Shown: piece after piece, positions 31,364 through 42,561 of the stretch
How positions within the stretch are numbered: the first letter of the stretch is position 1
Layout: each line of letters starts with the position of its first letter
Source: an uncultured Pseudomonadota bacterium
Lineage (GTDB): Bacteria > Pseudomonadota > Gammaproteobacteria > Burkholderiales > Burkholderiaceae_C
Direction: 5' to 3'
Assembly (NCBI GenBank): GCA_963844495.1
Contig: CAWJOT010000001.1
Coordinates: 29,767 to 93,766, forward strand
Length of the DNA: 64,000 nt
Program-made: the position numbers and the translations under genes
The notes under the pieces: generated by a model
What the model was told of the DNA's origin: nothing
Database searches by the model: none
Seen by the model: only the letters and a program-made list of their open reading frames with translations

Positions 31364-32293
31364 TCAGGCACGATCAGCGACGCGTTCGCCCAGCAAGCCC
31401 GATGGCCGCAGCGTCAGCACGAAGATCAAAACAATGAAGGCAAAAATATCCGAGTACTGGCTGCCCAGGACGCCACCGGTCAACGCGCCGATATAGCCCG
31501 CACCCAAGGACTCGATCAGACCCAGCAAAATGCCACCCACCACGGCGCCAGCAAGGTTGCCGATGCCGCCAAACACTGCCGCGGTGAAGGCCTTCAGACC
31601 CGGCAAGAATCCCATCGCGTGCTGCACGGTGCCATAGTTGGCCGCGAACATCACGCCGGCAATCGCCGCCAAGATCGCACCAATGACGAAGGTTGCAGAA
31701 ATCACCATGTCCGGCTTGACCCCCATCAGCGCGGCGACTCGCGGATTCTCCGCAGTCGCGCGCATGGCCCGACCCAGGCGCGTGTAATTGACCACCCACA
31801 TCAGCACCGCAAGGGACACGGCCGTCATGCCAAGAATCAGCACCTGGGTGACGGTAATCACGGCACCTCCGATCCCGAAGGGTGTCGTTGGCAACAGGTT
31901 GGGATACGGCTTGTAATTGGGCTTCCAGATAATCATGGCCACGGTTTGCAGCAGCAAGGACATGCCAATGGCGGTGATCAGGGGTGCGAGCTTGGGGCTG
32001 TTGCGAAGCGGTCGGTAGGCAACCTTTTCAATCACAAAATTAAGCGCGGCTGCGACGACACAGGCGATCACCGTGGCAATCAGCAACACCAGCCAGCCTG
32101 CCGTGCCGGGCATCGCGTCCTTCATCAATCCGATGATCGACCAGCTGGTCAGGGCCCCAACCATCAGAACCTCTCCGTGCGCGAAATTGATCAGCCCGAT
32201 GATGCCGTACACCATGGTGTAACCCAACGCGACCAGAGCATACATGCTGCCTAACACCAGACCATTGATGATCTGCTGGATGAACGTCTCCAT
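31364..32293 (-). CDS. livH: branched-chain amino acid ABC permease
   Basis: QQIINGLVLGSMYAL, INFAHGE, GLKAF. Confidence 0.93.
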   Translation of the reverse strand: METFIQQIINGLVLGSMYALVALGYTMVYGIIGLINFAHGEVLMVGALTSWSIIGLMKDAMPGTAGWLVLLIATVIACVVAAALNFVIEKVAYRPLRNSPKLAPLITAIGMSLLLQTVAMIIWKPNYKPYPNLLPTTPFGIGGAVITVTQVLILGMTAVSLAVLMWVVNYTRLGRAMRATAENPRVAALMGVKPDMVISATFVIGAILAAIAGVMFAANYGTVQHAMGFLPGLKAFTAAVFGGIGNLAGAVVGGILLGLIESLGAGYIGALTGGVLGSQYSDIFAFIVLIFVLTLRPSGLLGERVADRA

Positions 32294-32489
32294 AAACTTC
32301 TCCGATTTTTGGTCGGCGCCTGAGAGCCAGCATTGTGCTGACCAACGCAGCCACCTCGTGGGCTTGACCCGTTCTTAAGCAAAACAAGCTGCCGGCACCG
32401 ACAACCCGGGAGGGGCGGCGGCGCTCGCAGATTTGTCGGTGCGATTGTAGCGAACGTACACCCCCGTTCGGGGCGCGTTTGACATGGGT

Positions 32490-35144
32490 TTACCCTAGAG
32501 TCTCTTGCAAGGCAAGGCGCACGATGCTCGCCGCATCAACGCCAAAAAACGCCCGCAGCGCGGCACGGGTATCGCTGCGACCATAGCCGTCGGTGCCCAG
32601 AGTCACAAAGCGCCGGGCGCCCGGCACATAGGCGCGCACGCTCTCGGGCACAGCGCAGACATAGTCGGTAGCGGCAATGATCGGACCACAGCTGGCACCA
32701 AGCAATTCGCACAGGTACGGCTGGCGTACACCCGAGGCTGCTGCCTGCGCCAGGGGCTGGCAAGCCCGGCCTTCGCGCGCGAGCTCACTCCAACTCGTCA
32801 CGCTGAAGACGTCGACCGTCAGCCCCAACTGGGCCAATTCCTGCGCCGCCTTGATCACCTCGGTCAGGATCGCTCCGGAGCCGAGCAGGGTCACATTTTC
32901 TTGTGAAATCGCCCCCTCATGCCCGTCTGGATTACGTTTATAGCTATTGAATTTGTAGCACCCACGGATCACGCCGGACGCCGCACCGGCCGGCAGACTG
33001 GGCTGTGCGTAGTTCTCGTTCATCATCGTGATGTAGTAGAAGACGTCCTTCTGCTCGACCAGCATCTCGCGCATGCCGTGGTCCAAAATCACGGCCAGCT
33101 CGCCCGCAAAGGCCGGGTCATACGCCTTGCAATTGGCGATCGTGGCGGCGATCAGATGGCTGGTGCCATCCTGGTGCTGCAGGCCCTCGCCGCCGAGCGT
33201 GGTGCGACCCGAAGTGGCTCCAAGCAGGAAGCCGCGCGCGCGCTGATCGGCCGCTGCCCAGATCTGGTCACCGACGCGCTGAAAGCCAAACATCGAGTAG
33301 TAGATGTAGAACGGGAGCATCGCCACGCCGTGCACGCTGTAGCTGGTAGCCGCCGCCGTCCAGCTGGCGATGGCACCGGCTTCGGAGATTCCCTCCTCCA
33401 GAATCTGCCCATCGAGTGCCTCGCGGTAACTCAGGACCGAGCCGATGTCCTCCGGCGCATAGCGTTGGCCAACGCTGGAATAGATGCCAACCTGTTTGAA
33501 CAGGTTGGCCATGCCAAAAGTGCGCGCTTCGTCGGCAACGATCGGCACCACGCGGGGACCGAGCGTGGGGTCCTTGAGCAGGTTGCCGAGCATGCGCACA
33601 AAGGCCATGGTCGTGCTCATTTCCTTGCCCTGGGCCTGTAGCGCAAATTGCGCGTAGCGGTCAAGATCGGGGACCGGCACCGTTTCACACGCCGTGTAAC
33701 GCCGCGGCAGGTAGCCTCCCAAGCGCCGGCGCTGGGCGTGCAGGTAGCGCAGTTCGGCGCTGTCCTGCGCGGGCTTGTAGAACTCAAGGCTCTTGACCTG
33801 TTCGTCAGTCAGCGGCAGATTGAAGCGGTTGCGAAAGGCGACTAGGTCCGTCTCGTCAAAGCTCTTCTGGCTATGCGTGGTCATCTTGCCTTGACCCGCC
33901 GAGCCCATGCCATAGCCCTTCTTGGTGTGCGCCAGCACGACACTGGGTTGCCCCCGGTGTCCGGCGGCGGCCGTGTAGGCGGCGTAGATCTTGACGACGT
34001 CATGGCCACCGCGCTTGAGACGGTCGATCTGTTCGTCGGTCATCCCCTGAGCCAAACGCGCCAACACTTCGTTTTGACCAAAGAACGTGTCGCGGTTGAA
34101 TCGTCCGTCCTTGGCCGCGAAGGTCTGCATCTGGCCGTCTACCGTGTTGGCAAAAGCGCGGGCCAGCGCACCGCCGACATCGCGTGCGAACAGGCCGTCC
34201 CAGTCGCTTCCCCACACCAGCTTGATCACGTTCCATCCCGCACCCGAAAACAGCCGTTCCAGTTCGTCGATGATGCGACCGTTGCCGCGCACCGGTCCAT
34301 CGAGTCGCTGCAAATTGCAGTTCACGACCCAGACCAGATTGTCCAGGCCTTCGCGCGCGGCCAGCGTGAGCGCACTCATGCTCTCGGGCTCGTCCATCTC
34401 GCCGTCACCAAACACGCCCCAGACCTTGCGGCCCGAGCAATCGAGGATTTGCCGGTGCGTCAGGTAGCGCATGAAACGGGCGTGATAAATCGAACTGATC
34501 GGACCAATGCCCATTGAGCCGGTGGGAAACTGCCAAAAGTCGGGCATCAGGCAGGGGTGCGGGTAGCTGCTGAGCCCGCGGGCGCCATGGCCGGTCAGCG
34601 CCGCTGGCGCGCTGAGTTCCTGCCGATAGAAGCTCAAATCCTGTTCGCTCAGGCGCCCTTCAAGAAAGGCGCGGGCGTATACGCCGGGGGCGCTGTGCGG
34701 CTGGAAAAAAACCAGGTCTCCCAGTTGCGCGCGAGTGGGCTCTTCGCAACGAGCCTGGAAGAAGTGGTTGAACCCGACTTCAAACAGGTCCGCAGCACTG
34801 GCATAGCTGGCGATGTGGCCACCGAGTTCACCATAGGCCTGATTGGCCCGCACGACCATCGCCAGCGCGTTCCAACGCATCAGGCAGGCCAGGCGCTCCT
34901 CCACCGCCAGATCGCCGGGGAAAACCGGTTGCTGATCCACACCAATGGTGTTGACATACGGCGTGGTCAGTTCGGGCTGCCAATCCAGGCGCAAGACGCG
35001 CGCCTGCCGCACCAGTTCGTCGAGCACAAAACTGGCACGTTCTGAACCCTGCGCAGCCACCAGAGACAAGAACGCGTCACGCCACTCCGCGGTTTCTTGT
35101 GGATCGGGGTCTGCCGCGGCGTCACCGAGTGGATCAGTTTTCAT
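32490..35144 (-). CDS. homodimeric 2-oxoacid dehydrogenase E1 (AceE/MdeB type)
   Basis: DPDPQETAEW, GGHIASYAS, GLSSYPHP, GDGEMDEPES, NCNLQRLDGP, GEGLQHQDG. Confidence 0.93.
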   Translation of the reverse strand: MKTDPLGDAAADPDPQETAEWRDAFLSLVAAQGSERASFVLDELVRQARVLRLDWQPELTTPYVNTIGVDQQPVFPGDLAVEERLACLMRWNALAMVVRANQAYGELGGHIASYASAADLFEVGFNHFFQARCEEPTRAQLGDLVFFQPHSAPGVYARAFLEGRLSEQDLSFYRQELSAPAALTGHGARGLSSYPHPCLMPDFWQFPTGSMGIGPISSIYHARFMRYLTHRQILDCSGRKVWGVFGDGEMDEPESMSALTLAAREGLDNLVWVVNCNLQRLDGPVRGNGRIIDELERLFSGAGWNVIKLVWGSDWDGLFARDVGGALARAFANTVDGQMQTFAAKDGRFNRDTFFGQNEVLARLAQGMTDEQIDRLKRGGHDVVKIYAAYTAAAGHRGQPSVVLAHTKKGYGMGSAGQGKMTTHSQKSFDETDLVAFRNRFNLPLTDEQVKSLEFYKPAQDSAELRYLHAQRRRLGGYLPRRYTACETVPVPDLDRYAQFALQAQGKEMSTTMAFVRMLGNLLKDPTLGPRVVPIVADEARTFGMANLFKQVGIYSSVGQRYAPEDIGSVLSYREALDGQILEEGISEAGAIASWTAAATSYSVHGVAMLPFYIYYSMFGFQRVGDQIWAAADQRARGFLLGATSGRTTLGGEGLQHQDGTSHLIAATIANCKAYDPAFAGELAVILDHGMREMLVEQKDVFYYITMMNENYAQPSLPAGAASGVIRGCYKFNSYKRNPDGHEGAISQENVTLLGSGAILTEVIKAAQELAQLGLTVDVFSVTSWSELAREGRACQPLAQAAASGVRQPYLCELLGASCGPIIAATDYVCAVPESVRAYVPGARRFVTLGTDGYGRSDTRAALRAFFGVDAASIVRLALQETLG
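32897..32960 (-). repeat. copy 5 of the 64-bp motif, inside the E1 gene (sense)
   Basis: TGCTACAAATTCAATAGC TATAAA CGTAATCCAGACGGGCA TGAGG GGGC GATTTCACAAGAAA. Confidence 0.85.
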
Positions 35145-35204
35145 CAAAGTTTCCTGCGACCAAAAAACGGCCGGTTGACGTCTCCATACTGCACGACAGC
35201 GATG

Positions 35205-35323
35205 CCGTCATTGCGAGCGTAGTGAAGCGATCCACCGGCTCCGTCATTGCGAGCGTAGCGAAGCAATCCATATCCTTGCTTGGCGACGATGGATTGCCGC
35301 GTCGCTGCGCTCCTCGCAATGAC
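35205..35323. repeat. RPE/REP-like palindromic element with a duplicated left arm
   Basis: CCGTCATTGCGAGCGTAGYGAAGCRATCCA at 35205 and 35241; inverted arm TGGATTGCCGCGTCGCTGCGCTCCTCGCAATGAC at 35290-35323. Confidence 0.85.
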
Positions 35324-35362
35324 ACCTGTACTGTGACAACCGCTGGCGTGAATTGAGAAAAG

Positions 35363-36688
35363 TCAATAGTCGCTGCTCCCCGGGGTGGCACCCGGTCCGG
35401 CTCGCCGATTGAGCTCACGCAGTTGTTCGAGTCGCTGCGCGATGCTGATTTCAAGCCCACGCTGAACCGGACGATAAAAGCCCGGCGCTTGCATGCCTTC
35501 GGGCAGGTAGCTCTCCCCGGCGGCAAAACCACCCTCCTCGTCGTGTGCATAGCGGTAGCCCTTGCCGTAGTCCAGCGACTTCATCAATTGGGTTGGCGCA
35601 TTGCGCAGATGCATGGGCACCGCTCGCGTCCCGTCGTTCTTCACCAGCTCGCTGGCCTCTTTGAAGGCACTGTACACGGCGTTGGACTTGGCCGCCACCG
35701 CCAGATAAACCACGCACTGGGCCAGCGCGAGTTCGCCCTCGGGCGAACCAAGTCGTTCATAAACGTCCGCAGCGTCGAGCGCCAGCCGCAGCGCGCGCGG
35801 ATCGGCCAAACCAATATCCTCGCTGGCCATGCGGATCATGCGCCGCGCCAGATAGCGCGGATCAGCGCCGCCGTCGAGCATGCGCACCAACCAGTAGAGA
35901 GAGGCGTCGGGGTCGGAGCCCCGCACCGACTTGTGCAACGCTGACATGATGTCATAGAACTGCTCACCGCCGGCGTCGAAGCGGCGCAGGCGCTGCCCAA
36001 GCACTTTGACCACAAAGGCCTCGGAGATTTCGCTGCCCCCTTGCTGCGTGGCAGCCATCGCCAGCGTCTGCAGCGTATTGAGCAGACGCCGCGCGTCACC
36101 ATCGGCGTACGCGATCAGTTTCGCCTTTGCTACGTTTTCAATAGCTGGCAATGCTTGTGCAGCAAGCGCTCTGGTCAAGATTGCTTCAAGATCGGGAGCC
36201 GTCAACGGCTGCAACACATAGACGGTGGCGCGCGACAGCAGAGCCGCGATAACCTGAAACGATGGGTTCTCGGTGGTGGCACCGACAAAGGTCAGAAGGC
36301 CGCTTTCAACATGCGGTAAAAACGCGTCCTGCTGGCTCTTGTTGAACCGGTGCACTTCGTCAACAAACACCAGCGTGCGCCTTGGCGGCACCTGCAGCAG
36401 CGCTTGCTCGGCCTGTGCCACCGCATCGCGAATGTCTTTGACGCCACCCAGCACGGCACTGATGGCGATGAACTGCGCGTCGAACGCGTCGGCCATCAGG
36501 CGCGCAATCGTCGTCTTTCCGCTGCCCGGCGGCCCCCACAGAATGCAACTGTGCGGCTGACCCGATTCAAAAGCCAGGCGCAGCGCCATCCCTTCGCCCA
36601 GCAACTGACCCTGGCCGACGACCGCATCGAGTGTCGTCGGGCGCAGTCGGTCGGCCCACGGTTGGGCCTGGCGCGGTGTCGCAGTCAT
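35363..36688 (-). CDS. rarA: replication-associated recombination protein A (MgsA)
   Basis: PWADRLRP, WGPPGSGKTT, DEVHRFNKSQQD, ATTENPSF, SALHKSVRGSD. Confidence 0.96.
   Translation of the reverse strand: MTATPRQAQPWADRLRPTTLDAVVGQGQLLGEGMALRLAFESGQPHSCILWGPPGSGKTTIARLMADAFDAQFIAISAVLGGVKDIRDAVAQAEQALLQVPPRRTLVFVDEVHRFNKSQQDAFLPHVESGLLTFVGATTENPSFQVIAALLSRATVYVLQPLTAPDLEAILTRALAAQALPAIENVAKAKLIAYADGDARRLLNTLQTLAMAATQQGGSEISEAFVVKVLGQRLRRFDAGGEQFYDIMSALHKSVRGSDPDASLYWLVRMLDGGADPRYLARRMIRMASEDIGLADPRALRLALDAADVYERLGSPEGELALAQCVVYLAVAAKSNAVYSAFKEASELVKNDGTRAVPMHLRNAPTQLMKSLDYGKGYRYAHDEEGGFAAGESYLPEGMQAPGFYRPVQRGLEISIAQRLEQLRELNRRAGPGATPGSSDY
36128..36191 (+). repeat. copy 6 of the 64-bp motif, inside rarA (antisense)
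   Basis: TGCTACGTTTTCAATAGC TGGCAA TGCTTGTGCAGCAAGCG CTCTG GTCA AGATTGCTTCAAGA. Confidence 0.8.
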
Positions 36689-36748
36689 TTGGCAATATTG
36701 TGGCGCATCGCGGCAGGACCGATAATTGGTTCCAGACAAGGAGTTGCC

Positions 36749-36973
36749 ATGCCCATTTACGAGTACGCCTGCGAGGACTGCGGGCACAAATTTGAAGCGC
36801 TGATTCGCTCGGGGACGGTGCCCCAATGCCCGAGCTGCCAATCGACCGAACTCAACAAGCAGTTGTCGGTCTTTGCCACGACAGCGTCGGCCAGCTCCGC
36901 AGCACCCTCCATGCCAAGCCCATGCGATAGCTGCGGTCACGCCGGTGGACCAGGGGCTTGCGGGTTGCAGTAA
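36749..36973 (+). CDS. FmdB-family zinc-ribbon protein
   Basis: SD AAGGAG; MPIYEYACEDCGHKFE...CPSC...CDSC. Confidence 0.88.
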   Translation: MPIYEYACEDCGHKFEALIRSGTVPQCPSCQSTELNKQLSVFATTASASSAAPSMPSPCDSCGHAGGPGACGLQ

Positions 36974-37033
36974 ATCCGGTTGGGGCCGGACAAAGCAAGG
37001 GTCTGGACAACGATTCTTGTGCAATCTGCGCCA

Positions 37034-37058
37034 AGACAAACGGCACCCGAGGGTGCCG
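37034..37058 (-). terminator. probable terminator downstream of tRNA-Val
   Basis: Minus strand CGGCACCC-TC-GGGTGCCG followed by TTTGTCT. Confidence 0.6.
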
Positions 37059-37075
37059 CTGATCAGGGACTTCAT

Positions 37076-37152
37076 TGGTAGGCGCGATTGGACTCGAACC
37101 AACGACCCCCACCATGTCAAGGTGGTGCTCTAACCAGCTGAGCTACGCGCCT
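37076..37152 (-). tRNA. tRNA-Val (GAC)
   Basis: AGGCGCGTAGCTCAGCTGGTTAGAGCACCACCTTGACATGGTGGGGGTCGTTGGTTCGAGTCCAATCGCGCCTACCA, 77 nt with encoded CCA. Confidence 0.98.
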
Positions 37153-37232
37153 GAGGTCTACCCGAGAGGCGCGAGTATAGCAGCACCGGGTTTCGCTACC
37201 AGCGAACGAAGCGAAAACAGGATGCGCGATAA

Positions 37233-37254
37233 TTGACGTTTACGTTAACGTCAA
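37233..37254. promoter_or_regulatory. LiuR-like (MerR family) operator palindrome
   Basis: TTGACGTTTACGTTAACGTCAA near-perfect palindrome about 20 bp upstream of the SDR start. Confidence 0.7.
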
Positions 37255-37273
37255 CCGTTGTATTGGAGATTTT

Positions 37274-38032
37274 ATGGACATCGCAGGCAAGGTTTTTATC
37301 GTCACTGGCGGCGCATCCGGTTTAGGTGAGGGCACGGCGCGTCTTCTTGCTTCCAAGGGCGGCAAGGTCGTGATTGCCGACATGCAGGCCGACAAGGGTG
37401 AAGCTGTTGCGAAGGAAATCGGCGGCAGTTTTGTGAAATGCGATGTCAGCCAGGAAGCCGACGCCCAGGCAGTCGTGGCCAAGGCGCTGTCGGTCGGCAA
37501 GTTGATGGGCTTGGTCAACTGCGCGGGGATCGCACCGGCGGAGAAGACGGTCGGCAAGAACGGCGCGCACCAGCTTGGCGTTTTCACCAAGTGCATCACG
37601 GTGAACCTGATTGGCAGCTTCAACATGATTCGGTTGTCGTCCGAAGCCATGTGCAAGAACGAACCCGAAAGCACCGGTGAGCGCGGCGTGATGATATCTA
37701 CCGCGTCGGTGGCTGCCTACGACGGCCAGATCGGCCAGGCCGCGTACAGCGCGTCCAAGGGTGGCATTGTTGGTATGACCCTGCCAATCGCGCGCGACTT
37801 GGCGCGCAATGGCATCCGCAACATGACGATCGCCCCGGGTATCTTTGGTACACCGATGCTGTTTGGCATGCCCAAGGAGGTGCAGGATTCGCTGGCCGCA
37901 GGCGTACCCTTTCCCTCGCGCCTGGGCACGCCGCTGGACTACGCCAAACTGGCGCTGCACATTTTCGAGAACGACATGCTCAATGGCGAAGTGATCCGCC
38001 TCGACGGCGCAATTCGCCTGGCGCCGCGCTAG
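37274..38032 (+). CDS. 3-hydroxyacyl-CoA dehydrogenase type II (HSD17B10-like SDR)
   Basis: [44 protein letters not shown]. Confidence 0.92.
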   Translation: MDIAGKVFIVTGGASGLGEGTARLLASKGGKVVIADMQADKGEAVAKEIGGSFVKCDVSQEADAQAVVAKALSVGKLMGLVNCAGIAPAEKTVGKNGAHQLGVFTKCITVNLIGSFNMIRLSSEAMCKNEPESTGERGVMISTASVAAYDGQIGQAAYSASKGGIVGMTLPIARDLARNGIRNMTIAPGIFGTPMLFGMPKEVQDSLAAGVPFPSRLGTPLDYAKLALHIFENDMLNGEVIRLDGAIRLAPR

Positions 38033-38050
38033 CCAGCGGCGAAACCGCGG

Positions 38051-38072
38051 GACGCCGGTTCGGCGTCTTTCT
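38051..38072 (+). terminator. possible terminator hairpin after the SDR gene
   Basis: GACGCCG-GTT-CGGCGTC-TTTCT. Confidence 0.5.
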
Positions 38073-38082
38073 ACAATCGCCC

Positions 38083-39957
38083 ATGGCGATACCGCAAACC
38101 TTTATTCAGGAATTGCTGGCGCGTGCCGATGTGGTCGACATCGTCGGGCGCCACGTGCAACTCAAGAAAGGTGGCGCCAATTTCATGGGGTTGTGCCCTT
38201 TTCACGGGGAGAAATCGCCGTCGTTCTCGGTCAGTCCGAGCAAACAGTTCTATCACTGCTTCGGTTGCGGCAAGAACGGTGACGCCATCAGTTTCCTGAT
38301 GGAGCACGCTGGCATGACTTTCGTCGAGGCGGTCGGCGACCTGGCCCAACAGTATGGCCTGCAGGTGCCCGAGGAGCAAGGCAGCGCCCTGGATCGAAGC
38401 CGTGCCCTGGCGCAGCGACAAGTGCGGACGACCTTGAACGGTGTGCTCGAGAAGGCCGGTGAGGCGTACCGCAAGAGCCTCAAGGAATCTGCCCGAGCCA
38501 TCGACTACCTCAAGGCACGCGGCTTATCCGGCGAAATTGCCCGCAACTACGGACTAGGCTACGCACCTGCGGGTTGGCGCAGCCTTGCCAGCGTGTTTGC
38601 GAACTACGACGATCCCACGCTGGTGGAGAGTGGCCTCGTTATTTTCAGCGCGGAGGACGACGAAGAAGCAAAGCGCTATGACCGCTTTCGCGACCGAATC
38701 ATGTTTCCGATTCGCAATATCAAGGGCGAATGCATCGGTTTTGGCGGCCGCGTGCTCGGAGACGAAAAGCCCAAATACCTGAATTCACCGGAAACGCCCG
38801 TGTTTAGCAAGGGGCGTGAGCTGTACGGCCTGTTTGAGGCACGCCCAGCGCTGCGCGAACACGGTTTTGCACTGGTGACAGAAGGCTACATGGATGTCGT
38901 GGCACTGGCTCAACTCGGCTTCCCGAACGCCGTTGCAACACTCGGGACCGCTTGCACGACCGAACATGTGCAGAAATTGTTCCGCTTTACCGATTCGGTC
39001 GTGTTCAGTTTTGACGGTGATGCCGCCGGTCGGCGCGCAGCGCTCAAGGCGCTTGACGTTGCCCTGCCCTTCGCCACCGACGTACGCAGCGTCAAGTTCC
39101 TGTTCCTGCCCGCCGAGCACGATCCCGACAGCTACATCCGCGAGTTTGGCAAGGAGGCGTTCTCGCGTTACGTGGCCGAGGCGGTCCAACTCAGCCGTTT
39201 TCTGATCGACTCGGCACGCGAGGGCTGCGACCTCGCCACGGCAGAAGGGCGCGCCCATACGGCGAGCAATGCGCGCCTGTCGTGGACACAATTGCCCGAG
39301 GGTGCGCTCAAACACCAATTGCTGAATCAGATTGCCGAATTGGTTCAACTAACCAGCCGGGAGCTGACTGCCTTGTGGCAACAGGCAGCAACGGGAGCTT
39401 ACGCAGCGAGTTCAGGCCGCTATTCAAAGGATAGCATGTCACGCAATGGCTACGGCCTCCAGGCGACGAATTCGCATCAGAGAACGGGCAGTCGCCTGGC
39501 AAGCAGTGGCCGTCGGTTGCCGGCCAGCCGGGCCGATCATGCGGCTCGCATTTTGCTCGGCAATATGGCCGCGCTTGAAACCTTGTCGTCCGAGGATCAT
39601 GCGCTGCTATGCGCCCTGCCCGCACCCCACGGCCCGCTGTTTGTCTGGCTCGAGAGTCAGATGCATGAACACGGCGCGCAACCGTGGGCTGCCTTGCGCG
39701 AGGGCCTGCGCGGGCGCGACGTAGAGGAATTCGCAACGCGCCTGATCACGCACGACGAATTCGACGCTCAGGAGTCGGCGACGGACTGCACCGGCGAGTT
39801 GCGCGATGTGCTCGATCGCATGTTGGTCGACCAGTTGATTGCCCAGGAGACCCAGGCTTTACAGGCGTCCAAGGCTGATCCGCAGGCGCTGCTTTTGTAT
39901 CGTGAGTATTACGCCCGTCGCCGCGCGATTCAATCCGCCCTGGCTGGGGACCAGTGA
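38083..39957 (+). CDS. dnaG: DNA primase
   Basis: CPFHGEKSPSF...CFGC zinc finger, KYLNSPET, EGYMDV, FDGDAAG, DPD. Confidence 0.98.
   Translation: MAIPQTFIQELLARADVVDIVGRHVQLKKGGANFMGLCPFHGEKSPSFSVSPSKQFYHCFGCGKNGDAISFLMEHAGMTFVEAVGDLAQQYGLQVPEEQGSALDRSRALAQRQVRTTLNGVLEKAGEAYRKSLKESARAIDYLKARGLSGEIARNYGLGYAPAGWRSLASVFANYDDPTLVESGLVIFSAEDDEEAKRYDRFRDRIMFPIRNIKGECIGFGGRVLGDEKPKYLNSPETPVFSKGRELYGLFEARPALREHGFALVTEGYMDVVALAQLGFPNAVATLGTACTTEHVQKLFRFTDSVVFSFDGDAAGRRAALKALDVALPFATDVRSVKFLFLPAEHDPDSYIREFGKEAFSRYVAEAVQLSRFLIDSAREGCDLATAEGRAHTASNARLSWTQLPEGALKHQLLNQIAELVQLTSRELTALWQQAATGAYAASSGRYSKDSMSRNGYGLQATNSHQRTGSRLASSGRRLPASRADHAARILLGNMAALETLSSEDHALLCALPAPHGPLFVWLESQMHEHGAQPWAALREGLRGRDVEEFATRLITHDEFDAQESATDCTGELRDVLDRMLVDQLIAQETQALQASKADPQALLLYREYYARRRAIQSALAGDQ
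39418..39481 (+). repeat. copy 7 of the 64-bp motif, in the dnaG inter-domain linker (sense)
   Basis: CGCTATTCAAAGGATAGC ATGTCA CGCAATGGCTACGGCCT CCAGG CGAC GAATTCGCATCAGA. Confidence 0.72.
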
Positions 39958-40010
39958 CGCGATCGGGCAAGCCCAGCGGCGGTGTGCCGGGGTCGGACTA
40001 TTCGAACCCG

Positions 40011-40019
40011 AGGTATAAT
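40011..40019 (+). promoter_or_regulatory. -10 box of a putative rpoD promoter
   Basis: Perfect TATAAT at 40014-40019 in the dnaG-rpoD spacer; no clear -35. Confidence 0.5.
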
Positions 40020-40231
40020 CCACCCCTGCTTTTCGGCAAGCGCGACAGCAGCACCTCCGGGCCAGGCCAATCGATGACACTGTTCACAACCGGCCACCTT
40101 ACCGCAAGGACTGCACACCAAATGTTCGCCCATCATCTTGCCAGCGAGGCGCTCGGCCCTGGTCGACCTGGCGTCCATCAGGGACGGCCCTGTTGATCCA
40201 CATCATCGTTCTGAAGAATCCTGAGGTTCAC

Positions 40232-42553
<2,322 letters not shown>

Positions 42554-42561
42554 CGCGCGCG

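Noticed and set aside
35205-35270. Two 30-bp direct repeats as a mini-CRISPR
   Set aside because: Only 6 nt apart, followed by an inverted arm, and no cas genes; this is a palindromic element.
36689-37120. N-terminal extension of rarA in the 585-aa ORF call
   Set aside because: Runs through the tRNA and antisense to the FmdB gene; RarA homology begins at 36688.
36974-37152. tRNA-Val as an integration site for an island
   Set aside because: No integrase, no duplicated tRNA 3' end seen, and the flanking genes are housekeeping.
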